From Paludibacter sp. UBA6032 (GTDB lineage: Bacteria > Bacteroidota > Bacteroidia > Bacteroidales > Paludibacteraceae), in the NCBI GenBank assembly GCA_002427885.1, contig DIZI01000009.1, positions 52,855-116,854 of the forward strand: DNA of 64,000 nucleotides, given 5' to 3'. The position numbers and the translations under genes were made by a program. The number at the start of each line of letters is the position of its first letter. Position 1 is the stretch's first letter. The notes under the pieces were generated by a model. It was not told the origin of the DNA. It made no database searches and saw only the letters and a program-made list of their open reading frames with translations. Below, piece by piece: positions 59,744 through 64,000 of the stretch.

Positions 59744-61567
59744 TCAATAAACTATTGTTTCGTCTGCATTATTTAAAAAATCGGTAAAATACTTTATATT
59801 CTTATTTATACTTTTATCAATATTGTGTTTAAGGAATAATGTTTCACTCGCAATAACTATTCTTTTACATTTAGCTCTCGTCAATGCAACATTTAGTCTA
59901 TTTGGAGTAAAGAAAAAGTCTAAATCGTCGATAGAAGTTTCCATATTACTTCTTGTCAACGAAAAAATAAACACATCTCTTTCTTGTCCTTGAATTCTCT
60001 CAACAGTCTCTACAATTATGTTTTCTGACTCGTTGCAGATTTTTCGTAACTCTGTTTTTATTAATGTAATTTGAGAACGATAAGGTGCAATTACTCCAAT
60101 ATCAATAGGTTTTACACCACAATTAATCATTTCTTCAATAAATTCACTTATTAGCGCGGCTTCAGTTTTAGATTTGATTTCATCTTTTGATTTTCGAACT
60201 TGTACAACTACATCTACATTCCTTGGATTTAAAACGTCAATATGTTTAGTTGGATTTGAAGTTAGTTTCAGCATCTTCCTTTTGTTCTTTGCTGGTGTAA
60301 AAACCTTTCCACTATAGAATTGAGTTGAAGAGAATGAAATTAATTTTGGATTCATCCGATAACATTTAAGAAGTGTAACTCCGCCATATGAATTATATAA
60401 ATATTCGAAAATTGACTGATTGAACATTTTCTTCTTATAAAGCGGATTGATTCCGGAGTTTCCCAATATAATTGGTTTCATTTGCATGTGATCACCAAAG
60501 AATACATATTTCTCGCCTTTAAGCATCCCCAAAATTGCTAAATTCACATGTAATTGACTGGCTTCATCAAATATCACATAATCAAATTTGATATTATGAA
60601 ATTCAATACGTGTAACTTCATAAGGAGTTGCTCCAACAATCAATCCTATATTACTTGAGTTGTAAAAAAGCGATTTATCAAATCTTTTAGATACAGGTAT
60701 ATCGCTATAAGAATCTGTAAATTCTGTAGTTTTATACTCATCGCTTATTTTTATAATTCTATGTTTACTTTCAGAATGATCCCAAATTGATTTAAGTGCG
60801 TTATTTATAGACTTGTGAGTAAAACCAGTCACAAGAATGTTCTTTCTTTTTGAAGCAAGAAAATTACAAAGAAATGCTAAAACCGTAGTCTTACCAGTGC
60901 CAGGAGGACCTTGTATTAAAGTAATTGGTGAATCTGCAACAGAATCAATAAAAGCTTTTCTTTGAAATTTATCAAGCGAAATGAACCTTTCTTTTATTTT
61001 ACCGTCATATAAATCCTTGTTATTTAATTGTGTAAATACGCTCTTATCTTTTTCTATTATTACTTTTCCATTAATAATATTAATTATGATATTTCTCTTT
61101 TCATGATTTTCTAATGTGTCTAATGCTTCATTTATTATTTGTCCAGTTATATTAGTAAATGAATAATCAACTATGATTGAAATTTCATTAGTAATATAGA
61201 AATTCAAAGAACCCCTTTTTAAAATAATATCGTAATAGTTGTCACCCTCTGCAATGATTTGAGCCTCAGCAGAATTTTGATCAAATTCAATTTCACTATG
61301 AATTTTAATATAATCTCCTAACCTGAATTTTGAGTTATTCTCCTCATTACATATCAGTCGATATCTTCCATATGGCTGTAATTCTTGTATTTCTAAATTT
61401 GTAAGTGTGATGCCTTTTTTAATTTTAATTGTAATCGGCAATTTGTAGTTGTTTTGGTATTGTTCAGTACTACAGTCTTGTTCGGTTTTTTGAAAAGACT
61501 TAAGTTTAGAAATATCTTTGTCTTTCGATGTCCATGACCCCCGAGAAGTATATAAAAGAGGTTTCAT
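59744..61567 (-). CDS. SF1B Upf1/DNA2/IGHMBP2-like helicase without an obvious nuclease domain
   Basis: GPPGTGKT, DEASQ, GDHMQ, YRMN, TVERIQGQERD, RLNVALTRAK. Confidence 0.9.
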   Translation of the reverse strand: MKPLLYTSRGSWTSKDKDISKLKSFQKTEQDCSTEQYQNNYKLPITIKIKKGITLTNLEIQELQPYGRYRLICNEENNSKFRLGDYIKIHSEIEFDQNSAEAQIIAEGDNYYDIILKRGSLNFYITNEISIIVDYSFTNITGQIINEALDTLENHEKRNIIINIINGKVIIEKDKSVFTQLNNKDLYDGKIKERFISLDKFQRKAFIDSVADSPITLIQGPPGTGKTTVLAFLCNFLASKRKNILVTGFTHKSINNALKSIWDHSESKHRIIKISDEYKTTEFTDSYSDIPVSKRFDKSLFYNSSNIGLIVGATPYEVTRIEFHNIKFDYVIFDEASQLHVNLAILGMLKGEKYVFFGDHMQMKPIILGNSGINPLYKKKMFNQSIFEYLYNSYGGVTLLKCYRMNPKLISFSSTQFYSGKVFTPAKNKRKMLKLTSNPTKHIDVLNPRNVDVVVQVRKSKDEIKSKTEAALISEFIEEMINCGVKPIDIGVIAPYRSQITLIKTELRKICNESENIIVETVERIQGQERDVFIFSLTRSNMETSIDDLDFFFTPNRLNVALTRAKCKRIVIASETLFLKHNIDKSINKNIKYFTDFLNNADETIVY

Positions 61568-61650
61568 TTTTGTTCAATTTGTTGATTGTTCATAGTAAAT
61601 AATAATACGGTAATTCAAAAATTAAAGATATGAATTTGGTGTTAATGCTA

Positions 61651-62163
61651 TTAAAAAACAAACGTATACTTATATCCAATAACCTTATTATTATCATAAT
61701 CGTATAAGTTGGTAAGTCCCGTTGTTTTAAATCCTGCTTTTTGAAGTATTTTAATAGAAATAGTGTTAGTAGATTTTACATTTGCAATTACTATTTTAGA
61801 ATTGTTTTCTTTACAATAATTCAATAAAAGCATAAGTGCCTCAAAAGCAAAACCTTGATTACGGTAAAAAGAATTTATGCAATAATTAACCTCCCAATTA
61901 TATTCTCTATAATAAAGACAAATATAACCGATTGTTCGACAGTAGGACTTGTGATAAATTACTAAAAATATTTCTTTAAAACGTTTGAAATTTATTAATT
62001 TCTGTTCAATTAATTCTTCAACTTGTTTCTTATTTATTGGATTTAAGTTGAGCATTGACATTGTATCTAAATCTCTAAATATCTCATGCAAATCATCTAT
62101 ATCATTTTGAGAAGGTGCTCTTAATATTAAATTCCCCTTTTCAATTGTTGGATATTCAGGCAT
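61651..62163 (-). CDS. RimL-type GNAT acetyltransferase
   Basis: L.LR....D, IGYI.L, RNQGFA.EA, N..S.K.L.K.GF. Confidence 0.88.
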   Translation of the reverse strand: MPEYPTIEKGNLILRAPSQNDIDDLHEIFRDLDTMSMLNLNPINKKQVEELIEQKLINFKRFKEIFLVIYHKSYCRTIGYICLYYREYNWEVNYCINSFYRNQGFAFEALMLLLNYCKENNSKIVIANVKSTNTISIKILQKAGFKTTGLTNLYDYDNNKVIGYKYTFVF

Positions 62164-62166
62164 TTA

Positions 62167-62715
62167 CTATTCAAATTTAAGTTTATATTTCTTTTCAATT
62201 TCGAGTGCAATCTGATTTTCGAAAATACCAAATTTTTCAAAGCCTAAATTGTTTGTTAAATAGATATGAATTGATGCCGAAATATCTTGCAGTATCGTAA
62301 AATTAAAATTAGATTTTGCAAAATTAACAATAAAGTTATTTTCAGTTTCTGAGATAGTGCAAAAGAATCTAAAAGTAGCAAGATGCAACAAAAGGATAAA
62401 ATTGTCTTTTTTCAAATAACCTTGAGGACTTCTGATTTCTGGATTTACTTCTTCTAATCCAATTACTTTTTTAAAAGTATCATCGTCTATTTTATACTTA
62501 TTTCTCAAATATTCCAGAAAAGATTTTTGATTTTCATTTAAACATGTATTCATAATAATCGAATAAGTGTTTATATACCCATTGTTTTCTCTACTTTTAA
62601 TGATGGATTCGAAAATTATCGGATTTTTCACAATGTCGTTTGAACAGATTGAAAACACATAGTTCAAATGTCGCTTAGATTGTTCTATTTTATTTGCTAT
62701 ATCAAAAAAGGCCAT
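62167..62715 (-). CDS. Hypothetical protein
   Basis: 182-aa AT-rich ORF ending 3 bp before the GNAT start; TATCTTTG -7 element at 62940-62933. Confidence 0.7.
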   Translation of the reverse strand: MAFFDIANKIEQSKRHLNYVFSICSNDIVKNPIIFESIIKSRENNGYINTYSIIMNTCLNENQKSFLEYLRNKYKIDDDTFKKVIGLEEVNPEIRSPQGYLKKDNFILLLHLATFRFFCTISETENNFIVNFAKSNFNFTILQDISASIHIYLTNNLGFEKFGIFENQIALEIEKKYKLKFE

Positions 62716-63267
62716 ATCTTATATTGTTATTAATTTGGTAAATAGATTTTTCTTAATTTATGAATTTATAGTCTCGTTTCATTTGTTGATATTAGCAGAT
62801 TTATTTTTTTTTAATGGACCCAAACAATTTATATCGTCACCTAAATGCCCTTATATAAACTTTAGCTTTTTGATTTTTTACTATTATATCTGTATTAATT
62901 AGTATATTATAAATTTTTATTTATTAAAGTCCCAAAGATAGAAACTATTCTTCACATGAACGATACATTTTTTAATTAATTTTCAATATATCTAAGGTGC
63001 TCTTTATTTAATCAAATTTATTGATAGTGATAGCTGTATCCGTATAGATTTAAGGGGGCTGTCTTTACAAATAAAGAATAAGGGAATTGAAGAGCAGCGG
63101 AGCTAATAAAATGCATTAAAAACTTATTTTTGTTGCAATTTCTTCTCCCAACTCAGGTTAATATTAAATTTCCATTAAAATAATAGATAACAATGCTAAC
63201 TAAAAATATTATGCATAACTTTGCCATCTGATTAAACCTTTTGATAAAAAAACCATCTTACTAACTT

Positions 63268-63699
63268 ATGATAGAACCAATAGGACGTAAAACGGACAAG
63301 ATAGGCCGGTTGTTTCAGGCCAGACTTCATGATAATCTGGGACATCTGGATATTGAACGTTCGTTTTATCCCTTAATCCTGATTGAAGCAGGAAATGGAA
63401 TAACACAGCAGGAACTTGCCGGAAAATTGCTTTGTGATAAAGTGCAGGTGGTTCGTATTATCGATTATTTATCGGATAATGGTTATGTGACACGTGTACA
63501 AAGTGCCCATGATAAGCGAAAATATGAATTGGCAATAACTGAAAAAGCAAAACTTTTTTTACCGGATATTAAAAAAGCTCTGAACGATGCAACTTCGGTC
63601 GCTTTAAAACGTTTATCCGAAAATCAAATTAACGAACTGTATAACATGCTTTCAACTGTTGAGATGAATTTGTTGAAAGACCGGGAAAAAAATAAGTAA
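63268..63699 (+). CDS. MarR-family regulator
   Basis: TQQELA..L..DK....R.ID.L...GYV.R.....DKR....L.IT; TAACTTTG at 63216. Confidence 0.9.
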   Translation: MIEPIGRKTDKIGRLFQARLHDNLGHLDIERSFYPLILIEAGNGITQQELAGKLLCDKVQVVRIIDYLSDNGYVTRVQSAHDKRKYELAITEKAKLFLPDIKKALNDATSVALKRLSENQINELYNMLSTVEMNLLKDREKNK

Positions 63700-63751
63700 A
63701 AAGAGATTGTTTTAAGTCATTTGAGTTTATATAAGTTTGATAGTTTGAAAG

Positions 63752-63994
63752 AATAGCACGCTGTCCCGATAGCTATCGGGATACGCTGTCCACGATAGCT
63801 ATCGGGATAGCGGATTAAATACGGATTTTATCTCGCCTTTGGCGAGAAGATTAAGACTTAGATTTTAAAATCAGCCCCGATCCCGATAGCTATCGGGACG
63901 GGGATAAAATCCGTTTATTCATCCGTTTAAATAATTTTATCAGCGAAAATCAGCTATATCGGCGGATCCCGATAGCTATCGGGACCGCGTTCCA
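63752..63994 (-). mobile_element. ~240-bp palindromic MITE/REPIN-like element, copy 2 (inverted)
   Basis: Reverse complement aligns with 55636-55836; carries four CCCGATAGCTATCGGG-type palindromes. Confidence 0.75.
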
Positions 63995-64000
63995 TTCATT

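Overview
AT-rich Bacteroidota chromosomal DNA, probably Bacteroidales. The evidence is TAnnTTTG promoters, T9SS-type C-terminal domains and a DUF4249/TonB-dependent receptor pair. About 0-43 kb is mostly housekeeping and accessory metabolism: gcvT, pepT, a three-gene signalling locus whose kinase carries 23 tandem 21-aa repeats, secreted CAZymes, a YgiQ radical SAM enzyme, a redox/detox cluster, ada and a PIF1-type helicase. About 43-64 kb is a variable, defence-like region. It contains an integron-cassette-like gene, two UDG-fold genes, a DUF433/PIN toxin-antitoxin pair, a type I R-M system (fused M-S plus HsdR) split by a REP-flanked Y1 transposase, a cytoplasmic Fn3 protein downstream of a duplicated promoter plus 21-bp array unit, a GH30, and a very AT-rich operon of unknown gene, GNAT and SF1 helicase. 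Intergenic DNA holds many REP/MITE-like palindromes, and two tiny motifs (CCCGATAGCTATCGGG and a ~28-bp CCAACGGTCATCGACCGAAGGGAGATAA) appear to be inserted into them. No rRNA, tRNA or CRISPR array was seen. All assignments come from motif recognition by eye; no searches were run.
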